Assembly (NCBI GenBank): GCA_038109055.1
Contig: JAYNIM010000003.1
Span: 84,873-148,872 of the forward strand
Source: a bacterium
GTDB taxonomy: Bacteria > Margulisbacteria > Marinamargulisbacteria > GCA-2716485 > JAYNIM01
Length of the DNA stretch: 64,000 nucleotides
Direction: 5' to 3'
The translations under genes and the position numbers were made by a program. Below the pieces are notes generated by a model that had not been told where the DNA came from, did not search any database, and saw only the letters and a program-made list of their open reading frames with translations. Each line of letters begins with the position of its first letter. Positions within the stretch are counted from its first letter, which is position 1. Below, piece after piece: positions 1-8,905 of the stretch.

Positions 1-203
1 CGCTCTTCAAGGCTGGCAAAGCCAAACAATTGTTGAGTGTCCTCTCTGATATGATGATAAATATACAGTGTTGTATGATCTTTTGTGCACTCTTCTATTG
101 TGGAGTAGGCCGTAAATACCTGATACGCGACACCCGTGGATGTGTCAATGATTAAGCTATCTTTTTTTTTTTCTATTATTTGACCTTGTAATTTATAAAT
201 CAT
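1..203 (-). CDS. ruvA: Holliday junction DNA helicase RuvA, N-terminal part (gene runs off the left edge)
   Basis: Reverse-strand ATG at 203-201. My translation is MIYKLQGQIIEKKKDSLIIDTSTGVAYQVFTAYSTIEECTKDHTTLYIYHHIREDTQQLFGFASLEE... It fits the RuvA N-terminal OB-fold pattern (G.I......l.id..GvgY.v........l..h...RED...LfGF....E). Not in the ORF track because it is truncated. Confidence 0.7.
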   Translation of the reverse strand, partial: MIYKLQGQIIEKKKDSLIIDTSTGVAYQVFTAYSTIEECTKDHTTLYIYHHIREDTQQLFGFASLEE

Positions 204-256
204 ATTAGAGCTATTTTAAAATATATTTTATATTATGGCTATGTGATTTTATTGCT

Positions 257-1594
257 TTAGAGGGAGGGATTATTTTTTTGTTTTGAATTAGGCCAAATAG
301 GAGAGGCTAAATAAATGCACATTAAGCCTAGGTTGATTTCTGCTAAGGGCCATGTTTTTGGGATGGGTATATCTAAAAGTTGAGCTATTTGTAACAGCCA
401 GAAAACAAATGAAATATATCGCATTTCTGCAAAGAGTATTTTTGTATAGGAGTAGCTGTTATGTGGATAGGGGAGTTTAGAGACTGATAATGCCTGATTG
501 ATGATCATTAGAATGTAGAAAATAGTAGGGGAGGATAATGTGGTTGCAGCCGTGGTAAACACGACGATTGAGGCCCCTGCAGGTGCAGGGATTCCTTGAA
601 AAAAATGGCTGTGGCCGCTGTTGCTAAATCGACGTAGTCTGTAAAAAATAGCACAAAAATGACAAATGCCAAATATACTTCCAAAGATGATATGTGTAGA
701 AGTGTTTTGTTGTACTAAAAAGCTGTATATGAGGATAGCAGGTGCTACGCCAAAGGTGATGAGGTCTGTACTTGTATCTAGTTGTTCTCCAAATTTTGAT
801 TTTACGTTTAATTTCCTTGCGATGATACCGTCACAGGCATCTAAGATACAGCCAATGAGTATTAGAGCGCAGGATGTTCCGAGATTTTGAATTAAGGCGT
901 GTAATACGGCTAAAATTCCGCAACTTAGGTTTAATAATGTGACGATATTTGGGATTAAACATAGCCATTTTTTTTGGGATAATTTTTGTTTTTTAGGTTG
1001 TTTTTGAGATAGAAATTTCGCTGTGTAATCAAAAAAAGACCATATGGTGACTGTAACGGTTATCCAAATAAGTGTTTCAAAACACCAGTTCGGCCAACTT
1101 TGTACCCAAAGGATGAGCATATGGAGGGGTTTGAGTAGTAAGGGGATGTTGCTTTCAATACTTGGTATTCGACCTAAAAGAATACCTAGAACGGGTAGAG
1201 TGATGCCGGTTTTTATTTTACCGCTTAGTTTGGCTTCGATAATAATATTTTGTTTAGCTGCGAAGATGCGTAGTCCCATGATGGCAAATTCTCGACCTAG
1301 TATGATGAATACGGGCAATGCGGAAATCGCTTGTAAAGGAATGAGGGGGAGGAAAATTAAAATTAATAATTTATCAGCTAATGGGTCTATTATTTTTCCT
1401 AGATCAGAGGTTAGGCTGTAATGGCGCGCAGCCCAACCATCTAAAAAATCAGTGAGGCAGGTAATGGTGTATATGATGATGATCCATGTTTGAATAAAGC
1501 TGTTCTTGTAGGGAAGTGCCCAAAAAATGAATACAACGCCAATGATTCTTGAAAATGTAATTAAATTCGCAAGATTTTTTTTGTCTTTTAACAT
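257..1594 (-). CDS. pgsA-pssA: Two-domain CDP-alcohol phosphatidyltransferase: PgsA-like N-terminal half fused to PssA-like C-terminal half
   Basis: 445-aa uninterrupted ORF. The first half carries DFLDGWAARHYSLTSDLGKIIDPLADK (PgsA-type D..DG..AR...G...D...D motif). After a basic linker (SQKQPKKQKLSQKK) the second half carries DACDGIIARKLNVKSKFGEQLDTSTDLITFGVAP (PssA-type motif). Confidence 0.75.
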   Translation of the reverse strand: MLKDKKNLANLITFSRIIGVVFIFWALPYKNSFIQTWIIIIYTITCLTDFLDGWAARHYSLTSDLGKIIDPLADKLLILIFLPLIPLQAISALPVFIILGREFAIMGLRIFAAKQNIIIEAKLSGKIKTGITLPVLGILLGRIPSIESNIPLLLKPLHMLILWVQSWPNWCFETLIWITVTVTIWSFFDYTAKFLSQKQPKKQKLSQKKWLCLIPNIVTLLNLSCGILAVLHALIQNLGTSCALILIGCILDACDGIIARKLNVKSKFGEQLDTSTDLITFGVAPAILIYSFLVQQNTSTHIIFGSIFGICHFCAIFYRLRRFSNSGHSHFFQGIPAPAGASIVVFTTAATTLSSPTIFYILMIINQALSVSKLPYPHNSYSYTKILFAEMRYISFVFWLLQIAQLLDIPIPKTWPLAEINLGLMCIYLASPIWPNSKQKNNPSL

Positions 1595-1595
1595 G

Positions 1596-2675
1596 TTATA
1601 TTTTTGCGCAGCGATTTCGGAGGGTATGATCGGCTAATACGAGTGCTATCATGGCTTCTATGATCACGACGGCACGAGGAAGTACACAGGGGTCATGTCG
1701 GCCTTTAGCTTCTAATTTTTGAGGGGTACCGGTTGATGTGATTGTATTTTGTTCTTGAGAGATAGTTGCTGTGGGTTTTATAACGGTGCTTAATAGGATG
1801 TTTTCGCTATTGGAAATGCCGCCTTGTATGCCACCGGAGTGATTGGTAGATGTTTTTATATTGTTATTTTCGAGGATGAATGGGTCATTATGTTCCCCGG
1901 CTGTCATGTTTGCGGCTTCGAAGCCTGATCCAAATTGAATGCCCATCGTTGCAGGGATTGATAAAATGCCTTTCGCTAGATCTGCTTTTAATTTATCAAA
2001 CACAGGTTCTCCGAGACCAATAGGAACATTTCGGCAGATAGATCCTATGATGCCTCCTAAGGAGTTTCCTTCTTTTTTAGCTGTTTCTATCGATGCGATC
2101 ATTTTTTTTGCACTTTCTTGATCAGGACAACGAACTATGTTGCTTTCAATGGCTGATAAGGTGACGTTTTCTGGTGTGATGGGGGCCTTGATTTTATGAA
2201 TTTGAGAGACGTAAGCTAAAATTTCTGTGTTGTGTAGGTGCTTCAATAATTTTTTGGCTATTGCGCCTGCTGCAACACGGCCAATGGTTTCTCTGGCTGA
2301 TGCACGGCCGCCACCTTGCCAGTTTCGGATGCCGTATTTTGCATCGTATGTGTAATCTGCATGTGAGGGGCGATATACATTTTTAAGATGGTTGTAGTCC
2401 TTTGGATTGGCATCTTTGTTTCGGATCAGGATGGCGATGGGGGTGCCTAAGGTTTTTCCTTCGAAGGTGCCAGATAATATTTCTGCCTGATCGTCTTCTT
2501 TTCGAGGGGTTGTTATGTGGCTTTGTCCAGGTTTGCGACGATTGAGTTCATCTTGAATGTCGGATATGTCTATCTCTAACCCAGCTGGGCAGCCGTCAAT
2601 GACTACGCCTATACCACCGCCATGGGACTCGCCCCAAGTGCTTATTTTAAATTGTTTGCCGAAACTATTTCCCAT
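1596..2675 (-). CDS. aroC: Chorismate synthase
   Basis: 359 aa. [40 protein letters not shown] and [10 protein letters not shown] are chorismate synthase hallmarks. Confidence 0.95.
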   Translation of the reverse strand: MGNSFGKQFKISTWGESHGGGIGVVIDGCPAGLEIDISDIQDELNRRKPGQSHITTPRKEDDQAEILSGTFEGKTLGTPIAILIRNKDANPKDYNHLKNVYRPSHADYTYDAKYGIRNWQGGGRASARETIGRVAAGAIAKKLLKHLHNTEILAYVSQIHKIKAPITPENVTLSAIESNIVRCPDQESAKKMIASIETAKKEGNSLGGIIGSICRNVPIGLGEPVFDKLKADLAKGILSIPATMGIQFGSGFEAANMTAGEHNDPFILENNNIKTSTNHSGGIQGGISNSENILLSTVIKPTATISQEQNTITSTGTPQKLEAKGRHDPCVLPRAVVIIEAMIALVLADHTLRNRCAKI

Positions 2676-2943
2676 GATATTCTTTAGGTGTTTTTGTGTT
2701 TAGTTGAACAGCGTGTAGGCCTTTGTCAAAAAAAGGTTGTAATATTTTGTTTATGGCGCGTTGTCTATTGACTAAAGATAGGCCTTCAAATTTTTTGCTG
2801 ACGATGAAAATGGATAGGTGGGATATGTCTAGCTCTGTTTCTATGTGTTCGGTGTGTTTGGCGCTATCGTCTCTAATTTCAAGTTTTTCTGGGGTGAATG
2901 ACTCTAACAAGAGTGAGGCTATGGTGTCTTTTGTTGATGGCAT
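2665..2943 (-). CDS. BolA/IbaG-family protein
   Basis: 92 aa. The C-terminal half [37 protein letters not shown] fits the BolA family pattern. It overlaps the aroC start by 11 nt. Confidence 0.65.
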   Translation of the reverse strand: MPSTKDTIASLLLESFTPEKLEIRDDSAKHTEHIETELDISHLSIFIVSKKFEGLSLVNRQRAINKILQPFFDKGLHAVQLNTKTPKEYHGK

Positions 2944-3007
2944 GGCTAAAACTATAGCATGTTTTTTGAATTTTTGATATTTAAATTGTTTGATCTTTGA
3001 TAGGGAC

Positions 3008-3036
3008 TTGATATTTTATTGTGGGTTTCGTATACT
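3008..3036 (+). promoter_or_regulatory. Sigma70-like promoter for the rpmH operon
   Basis: TTGATA (3008-3013), 17-nt spacer, TATACT (3031-3036). GGAG at 3047-3050 lies 6 nt before the rpmH ATG. Confidence 0.4.
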
Positions 3037-3056
3037 GTCTAGCCTTGGAGTAAAAA

Positions 3057-3191
3057 ATGAAAATTAAACGTCGAAAAAGTAGCTTAAAACGAAAAAAAGT
3101 TCACGGGTTTTTGTCACGTATGCAGACCCCTGGTGGACGTCGGGTGATTAATAATCGTCGAAAAAAAGGTAGACGAAAAGTTAGCGTTTGA
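3057..3191 (+). CDS. rpmH: 50S ribosomal protein L34
   Basis: 44 codons, below the ORF-track cutoff. My translation is [44 protein letters not shown], a typical L34. It sits directly upstream of rnpA. Confidence 0.9.
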   Translation: MKIKRRKSSLKRKKVHGFLSRMQTPGGRRVINNRRKKGRRKVSV

Positions 3192-3222
3192 TTCTTCTTT
3201 TCACTTCAAACAGCGGAATCAT

Positions 3223-3540
3223 TTGCGGAGGAGGGGGCTGTTTAAGCATATCTTTGCTCATGGCAAGCGTTTTTATAGCCCTTACATTTCGTTAATCTGT
3301 GCTGAATTTGACCAAGAACTAGGCAGAATTGCTTTTCTGTGTTATAAAAGGACTGGTAACGCTGTTCTGAGAAATCGAATTAGGCGTAGACTTAAAGCTG
3401 TATTTTGTCATCTAAATCTACCGCTAAATCCACGGATAACCCTGATTATAGTTGGAAAAAAAAATTGTTTAGCGTGTAATTATAATGATCTTAGTCGTAC
3501 CACCTTTTTATTATTACAAAAAAATGATCTTTTAATATGA
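3223..3540 (+). CDS. rnpA: RNase P protein component
   Basis: 105 aa with a TTG start. It is basic and carries the RNR-type motif LRNRIRRRLKAVF. The position between rpmH and yidD is conserved. Confidence 0.85.
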   Translation: MRRRGLFKHIFAHGKRFYSPYISLICAEFDQELGRIAFLCYKRTGNAVLRNRIRRRLKAVFCHLNLPLNPRITLIIVGKKNCLACNYNDLSRTTFLLLQKNDLLI

Positions 3541-3776
3541 ATTTATTGTTTCTTTTATTTATACGTTTTTATCAGTTCTTTGTATCGCCTTTTCTAGGTG
3601 CTCAGTGTCGTTTTTATCCATCGTGTTCGGTTTATGCGGAGACTGTTTTTAATGAACAACCCTTATTTAAAGCGCTTTTTTTGACTTCTAAGCGTTTGTT
3701 ATCTTGCCATCCTTTTCATAGAGGGGGCGTCCATGTTGAGGGGTTGTCGGGAAATTATGTAGGAATGGGGAGGTAA
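3537..3776 (+). CDS. yidD: Membrane protein insertion efficiency factor YidD
   Basis: 79 aa. FYQFFVSPFLGAQCRFYPSCSVYAE...SKRLLSCHPFHRGG is the YidD signature. ATGA overlap with rnpA. Confidence 0.9.
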   Translation: MNLLFLLFIRFYQFFVSPFLGAQCRFYPSCSVYAETVFNEQPLFKALFLTSKRLLSCHPFHRGGVHVEGLSGNYVGMGR

Positions 3777-3778
3777 AT

Positions 3779-4453
3779 ATGGGGCCGATTGATGCTATTA
3801 TTGTTCATTTTATGATTCCTTTTTTGAGTTTTTGTTATAACAATATTATTGCAAATTATGGAATTGGGATTATTTTGCTTACATTGCTGGTTAAATTGCT
3901 TTTTTATCCCTTAACCGCTAAGCAATATGCGTCTATGAATGTTATGAAAAAACTTAATCCACAGATTAAGAAAATTCGAGAGAAATACAAACAAACGCCA
4001 GAAAAAGCACATATGGCAATTATGCAGTTGTATAAAGAAAATAATGCCAATCCTTTGAAAGGGTGTTTGCCTGGTTTAATTCAGGTGCCAGTTTTTATTG
4101 CTATTTTTTACACGATTCACCATAGTTCTTTTCAGGCTCTATTGGATGTGCCTGGTGTAAATCAAGGATTTACATCTTTCTGGCTACCTAATTTAACGCA
4201 GGCAGATGGAACGTTTATTTTACCTATTTTGTTAGGTGCTGTTACGTTTTGGTCACAGCAGCTTATGATCGTTGATGAGCAGCAAAAGAAGATGATGATG
4301 TTCATGCCTATTATTATTCTGGTGATGTCATTTAAAATGCCAGCAGGTGTTTTGTTATACTGGTTGGTGTCGACGTTGGTGTCGACGCTTCAACAATTGA
4401 TGGTTAATCGGCAAAGTGATGTTATAGAAGCAAAGGTAATATCAAAAACATAA
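3779..4453 (+). CDS. yidC: Membrane protein insertase YidC, short form (no large periplasmic domain)
   Basis: 224 aa. Oxa1/YidC core motifs are present: LLVKLLFYPLTAKQYASMNVMKKLNPQIKKIREKYK, GCLPGLIQVPVFIAIFY, FWLPNL and AGVLLYWLVSTLVSTLQQ. Confidence 0.9.
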   Translation: MGPIDAIIVHFMIPFLSFCYNNIIANYGIGIILLTLLVKLLFYPLTAKQYASMNVMKKLNPQIKKIREKYKQTPEKAHMAIMQLYKENNANPLKGCLPGLIQVPVFIAIFYTIHHSSFQALLDVPGVNQGFTSFWLPNLTQADGTFILPILLGAVTFWSQQLMIVDEQQKKMMMFMPIIILVMSFKMPAGVLLYWLVSTLVSTLQQLMVNRQSDVIEAKVISKT

Positions 4454-4469
4454 ATTAAGGAGTCATGTT

Positions 4470-5120
4470 ATGAATCAAAAAAAAGGGTTTTGGTCATTTT
4501 TAGGTGCTAGTAAAGCGGAAGAAGAAGGGACTGTAGGGGCTGTGACTAAATCTGAAGAGGTGGTGCATGATGATGTGACCACTAACACAAAAGATTTGGG
4601 TGAAAATCAGAAGAAGTCGGCTGGGAAGCGTCGTTCAGATATTGATATGGATTTGCCAGTAACAGAAGAAATATGTTGTTTTTGTGTTGCGTCATTAGAA
4701 AATATTTTGCAGGCTGCTGGTTTTTCGGGCTGCGTTCGATTGAAGGAATTTTCAGAGCACTTTATTGCGTTGGATATCTTTGATGCTGGTGCTGATAATG
4801 GTCGTTTAATTGGTAAGCAAGGTAACACGGTATTGGCTTTGCAAATTTTGTTGAGACAGTTTGTTCTGCGTAAATTTCGGGTTTCTTGTAAAATTTCGGT
4901 TGATGTGGATGGTTATAAGGCGAGGCAAAAGACCCAGTTTCGTTCTGATGTGATGAGTTCTGCACAAAAAGTGTTAGATGGAGAGCCTGAGGTTTCGTTA
5001 GATCCGATGAATGCACCGGACCGTCGGGCCGTGCATGTTATGTTTGAGCATCATGATCAGTTAACGACGGAAAGTGTTGGGGAAGGGGATCAGCGTTACG
5101 TGGTTATTAAAGCCCGTTAG
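4470..5120 (+). CDS. jag: Jag/KhpB-type RNA-binding protein (KH + R3H)
   Basis: 216 aa. KH-like IGKQGNTVLALQILLRQF and R3H-like DPMNAPDRRAVHVMFEHHDQLTTESVGEGDQRYVVI. The yidC-jag-mnmE position is conserved. Confidence 0.7.
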   Translation: MNQKKGFWSFLGASKAEEEGTVGAVTKSEEVVHDDVTTNTKDLGENQKKSAGKRRSDIDMDLPVTEEICCFCVASLENILQAAGFSGCVRLKEFSEHFIALDIFDAGADNGRLIGKQGNTVLALQILLRQFVLRKFRVSCKISVDVDGYKARQKTQFRSDVMSSAQKVLDGEPEVSLDPMNAPDRRAVHVMFEHHDQLTTESVGEGDQRYVVIKAR

Positions 5121-5131
5121 TCTTAAGTTTT

Positions 5132-6481
5132 TTGGATACTATTGTAGCTATTGCCACAGCTTCTGGGCCTGGGGGTATAGCCATTATTCGTCTTTCAGGG
5201 GTGAGGGCACTGTCTATTGTTTCTGTTTTTCTTTCTAGACCCGTTCTAAAGACGCGTTATCTGTATTATTGTTCATTTTATGATCCTAAGCAGGACCTTT
5301 TGGTTGATCATGGCTGTGTTGTTTATTTTGAAGGGCCTGCATCGTATACTGGAGAAGATGTTGTTGAGCTGCATGTGCATGCGAGTTCGTTTGTTTTAAA
5401 AACATTGATGGCTGCGTTGATACGGGAAGGCGCGCGTTTAGCACAGCAAGGTGAGTTTACTAAGAGAGCTTATTTAAATGGCAAATTAACCTTGGAACAG
5501 GCAGAGGGTGTTGCGGAACTTATTTCGAGTGATCATGCCTTTTCGCATCAGGTAGCAATGGGGCATGTTCAGGGAAAGATGATGGGTTATTTACAGGCTA
5601 TTCGTGAGCCTTTTGTCGCTTTTTTGGCACAACTTGAAGGCTCTATTGATTTTCCTGATGAAGTCCCTGTTGTCTCACGGGATACATTTAAATCTCTTGT
5701 TCTTGAAAAACAGATGTGGTTAAAAGGGGTATTGGATCAGCAGGACTTTGGGAGGGTGCTCTCTCGAGGGCTTCGATGTGTGATTATGGGGCGGCCTAAT
5801 GTGGGTAAATCGACACTTTTTAATACTTTATTGGGGGAAGAACGGGTGTTAGTTAGTGCTGAAGCTGGGACAACTCGTGACTATATTGAAGAAAAAATAC
5901 AGTTGAAGGGGATCCCTTTTTGTCTCATTGATACGGCAGGTATTCATGAAACTCAAGATGTTGTTGAAAAAGAGGGAATTGCGAAGATTAAAGAGTTGAT
6001 TCGTTCGGTTGATTTGTGTTTGTTTGTAGTGGATTTGCAGCAAGGTTCTATTGCAGCGGATCTCCAGTATTTTAGACGTTATGCCAAAGATAAGGATTTT
6101 ATTGTGGTTGTTAATAAGCAGGATTTATTGACGGACGATTATGTTGTGCCTGATATGGCGGCTGCCTTTAAGGTAGTGTCAGTGTCGGCTGTCTCAGATA
6201 GAAGACTGTCTATTTTGCAAGAGGCGTTGCTTGATTTTGTAGCGTCGAAGCAACCTGGTGAAGATCTGTCGCTTTTATGTACCTTACGTCAAGAAGCTGC
6301 GTTACGACGGCTTTCTGATCTTATGGTCACTTTGCTGGTTCAATTGAACGAGGCTGTTTATGATGATTTATTGGTGCCACTACTTAAAGATATTGTGTTG
6401 TGTTGTGATGATATGTGTGGGGAGACGTTGTCTGAAGAGGTGTTAGATACTGTTTTTTCTCGATTTTGTGTGGGAAAGTAG
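5132..6481 (+). CDS. mnmE: tRNA modification GTPase MnmE
   Basis: 449 aa with a TTG start. DTIVAIATASGPGGIAIIRLSG, G-domain GRPNVGKSTLFN / DTAG / NKQD, and the C-terminal CVGK tetrapeptide. Confidence 0.95.
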   Translation: MDTIVAIATASGPGGIAIIRLSGVRALSIVSVFLSRPVLKTRYLYYCSFYDPKQDLLVDHGCVVYFEGPASYTGEDVVELHVHASSFVLKTLMAALIREGARLAQQGEFTKRAYLNGKLTLEQAEGVAELISSDHAFSHQVAMGHVQGKMMGYLQAIREPFVAFLAQLEGSIDFPDEVPVVSRDTFKSLVLEKQMWLKGVLDQQDFGRVLSRGLRCVIMGRPNVGKSTLFNTLLGEERVLVSAEAGTTRDYIEEKIQLKGIPFCLIDTAGIHETQDVVEKEGIAKIKELIRSVDLCLFVVDLQQGSIAADLQYFRRYAKDKDFIVVVNKQDLLTDDYVVPDMAAAFKVVSVSAVSDRRLSILQEALLDFVASKQPGEDLSLLCTLRQEAALRRLSDLMVTLLVQLNEAVYDDLLVPLLKDIVLCCDDMCGETLSEEVLDTVFSRFCVGK

Positions 6482-6488
6482 AGCTTAT

Positions 6489-6812
6489 TTATAGCATTGT
6501 TCCGCGATTTCTTTGTTTGTAGGCTTTTTCCCATTTCATAATTTGGTTATAGCTCATTTCACCTTTTTTTCGGATTTTTGTGTTGTTCATATCTAAGGTG
6601 GTTATTTTGATATTTGTGTTTTTATTGGGGGGGATTAGCATATCGTTGATGAGCACTTTTATTTTGTTGGCTTGTTGTTCTTCGTGGGAGACTTTTTGAG
6701 TGAATAGCTTGATGAGTACTTTGGTGGCACTATTGAGTTTTTTTATGAGAGGGATGAGTTTTTTTGCTTCGGCGGTACTTAATTGTTTTTTTTTTCTGGG
6801 TTGATTCATCAT
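6489..6812 (-). CDS. Hypothetical basic K-rich protein
   Basis: 107-aa ORF with a 4-nt overlap onto the upstream ORF (6809-7348), which suggests co-translation. I recognise no family. Confidence 0.4.
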   Translation of the reverse strand: MMNQPRKKKQLSTAEAKKLIPLIKKLNSATKVLIKLFTQKVSHEEQQANKIKVLINDMLIPPNKNTNIKITTLDMNNTKIRKKGEMSYNQIMKWEKAYKQRNRGTML

Positions 6813-7348
6813 TGTTGAGGGGGGGTCTTTTTAAGTTTCTCTATGGCTTCTTTCTTTTTTAACAGGTTGGTATAGCGTTCTTTTCTTTCTTCTTCGAAGC
6901 CTAGTTTTTGTTTAAGCTTTTTGAAAATATTAAGATTTTGAAAAAATTCTTCGACGACTTCTTTTTCTTCGTCGGATAGCTGAGCGGTTTCGAAGCAGCC
7001 TTCGAGTTGACCCATGGCCAGAATTTGCTCTTCTTTCTTTTTTCGTTCTTTTCGTTTTTTTTTGTCGATTTCTTCCTGAGCTTGAGCACTAGCGGAAGCT
7101 TCAGTTACAGCGGCTGACGTTAATCGGTTCTTTTGTAGATTTGTTTCCTGGGCTTCTTGTTTTGTGTCTTTTATTGCCTTTTCTTCTGTTTTGAGTTGCT
7201 TTTTGTTGACGGCTCCCGATCCTATTTCTTCGCTTAGTTCAGTTGCTGCTTTAGCGGCTGTTTCTGTGATGGATAGGGGGTCTGGGCTATTTTGTGCCTG
7301 TTGAGGGGCACCTAAACTGTCTAAATTTGAAATTCCTCCGATTCCCAT
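6809..7348 (-). CDS. Hypothetical K/E-rich, probably coiled-coil/disordered protein
   Basis: 179-aa ORF with no hydrophobic segment and a charged repeat-like middle (KKKRKERKKKEEQ). I recognise no family. Confidence 0.45.
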   Translation of the reverse strand: MGIGGISNLDSLGAPQQAQNSPDPLSITETAAKAATELSEEIGSGAVNKKQLKTEEKAIKDTKQEAQETNLQKNRLTSAAVTEASASAQAQEEIDKKKRKERKKKEEQILAMGQLEGCFETAQLSDEEKEVVEEFFQNLNIFKKLKQKLGFEEERKERYTNLLKKKEAIEKLKKTPPQQ

Positions 7349-7445
7349 AGTGATAAGTATATACCCCTTAGGATTATTTTTGAAACCTAGTGAGTTATTT
7401 TATTTTTTTATATAACTTTTTGTTGTTTTTTGTTAGTCTTGGTTT

Positions 7446-8192
7446 ATGGTTCATGTAGGATCTTTTGATCGAGCGGCGAGGAGTTATGAACAGGCGTCGT
7501 ATTGGCAGCAGCAGGTGTTTGATAAGCTTAAGTCTTTTTTGCCGAAAGGGCCTGTATCGGCGCTGTTAGATGTAGGTTGTGGAGTTGCTGCGCAGTTGCA
7601 GGTGTTGGAAGAGCTGTATCCAGAGGCTGCCTTGTGGGGCTTAGATCGCTCATCTATGATGCTTGAAGAAGCTAAGAAAAAACTATTTAAGCGACCGATA
7701 TCGTTTATATGTGATGATTTTTTAGGCATTCCTTTGGATGTGACTTATGATCTGATTGTATCAAATGCCGCTTTGCATTGGTCTGCTGATATATTGTCGC
7801 TGTATCAGCGTTTTCAATTGGGCTTGTCTGACAAGGGGTCTTTTGTGTTTTCTCTTTTTTTACCAGAGACCTTTGAAGAGTTACAGAAGTTGTGTCAGGC
7901 ATTGGGGAAAGAGGTGAGGATCCCAAGTGCTTCTTTTTTGACGGCTGAGCAGCATATAGGGTATTTAAAACAGGTGTTTTCTGATGTTTATGTGCAACGT
8001 TTAGAACTTCGTTCTGTGTTTAATTCGCTGAAGGATTTGATGTTGCGTATTCGTTATACGGGTCTTCAGGGTGAGGGGGGGCGTCCTTTTTGGACGCCAG
8101 GTTTTTATAAAGCTCTTGAAGCGTTGTATATGGAACGTTATGGGGGTATTTGGGCGAAAGCATCGGTGTTATATGGAGTCGCGAGTGGCTAG
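7446..8192 (+). CDS. bioC: Class I SAM-dependent methyltransferase, BioC-like (malonyl-ACP O-methyltransferase candidate)
   Basis: 248 aa. FDRAARSYEQASYWQQQV N-terminus, SAM motif LLDVGCGVA, and immediately followed by (overlapping) bioD. Confidence 0.6.
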   Translation: MVHVGSFDRAARSYEQASYWQQQVFDKLKSFLPKGPVSALLDVGCGVAAQLQVLEELYPEAALWGLDRSSMMLEEAKKKLFKRPISFICDDFLGIPLDVTYDLIVSNAALHWSADILSLYQRFQLGLSDKGSFVFSLFLPETFEELQKLCQALGKEVRIPSASFLTAEQHIGYLKQVFSDVYVQRLELRSVFNSLKDLMLRIRYTGLQGEGGRPFWTPGFYKALEALYMERYGGIWAKASVLYGVASG

Positions 8193-8889
8193 GTCGTATT
8201 TTGTTGCGGGGACGGATACCGAAGTAGGGAAAACATTGATAACGGGGTTGTTAGCACGCTTTTTTTCTGAAAAAGGTGAGACGATTGTCACCCAAAAATG
8301 GGTGCACAGTGGCACTACTATTTCGTTGGATTTTTTACCTGAGGATCTTTTGAGGCATGATCAGCTTATGTTGCGTGAGCCTTTGATTCCCTTGTTAAAA
8401 GGATGTTCGGAGGTGTCGTTACGCTGTCCTTATCGTTTTGCCTTGCCTGCATCTGCGCATTTAGCTGCGGAAGCAGAAGGAGCGGTGATTGATCCAGGGC
8501 ATATTAAGCAGTGTTTTAGGTTGTTAGAGGATCGTTATGATCGGGTACTGGTGGAAGGGATTGGGGGGCTGTTGTTGCCATATTCTCGTGAAGCAACGTT
8601 GTTGGAGATTGTAAAGGAGTTAGATTTATCAGTGATTTTGGTAGTTGCGAATCGTTTGGGGGCGATTAATCATGCGTTGCTGACCTTGGAAGTTCTGAAA
8701 ACACAGGGAGTGGACTGTGTAGGGATGATATGGACGTGTCCAGCAGAGGAGGGTGATGCGACGATTTTGGCGGATAATCCGAAGATTGTTTCGCAATTGA
8801 CAGGTATTCAGAGCTTATGTAGTTTAGGGTTCTTTAGTGATTTTGATAGTCTTTATACGTCTTTTGAGGGAAGGATAAGGGGACTTTAA
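8173..8889 (+). CDS. bioD: Dethiobiotin synthetase
   Basis: FVAGTDTEVGKT P-loop near the N-terminus and EGIGGLLLP. I prefer ATG 8173 (MESRVARSYFVAGTD...) to the ORF-track start 8071, whose extra 34 codons lie inside bioC. Confidence 0.85.
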   Translation: MESRVARSYFVAGTDTEVGKTLITGLLARFFSEKGETIVTQKWVHSGTTISLDFLPEDLLRHDQLMLREPLIPLLKGCSEVSLRCPYRFALPASAHLAAEAEGAVIDPGHIKQCFRLLEDRYDRVLVEGIGGLLLPYSREATLLEIVKELDLSVILVVANRLGAINHALLTLEVLKTQGVDCVGMIWTCPAEEGDATILADNPKIVSQLTGIQSLCSLGFFSDFDSLYTSFEGRIRGL

Positions 8890-8905
8890 AATATGTAAAT
8901 GGGGA

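Noticed and set aside
2944-3056. Possible oriC next to rpmH.
   Set aside because: There is no dnaA gene, I saw no clustered DnaA-box-like 9-mers, and the skew does not change polarity across the region. It looks like a plain divergent promoter spacer.
8071-8172. ORF-track N-terminal extension of bioD.
   Set aside because: The extra 34 codons lie inside bioC in another frame and have no BioD similarity. The ATG at 8173 places the GTDTEVGKT P-loop at the normal distance from the N-terminus.
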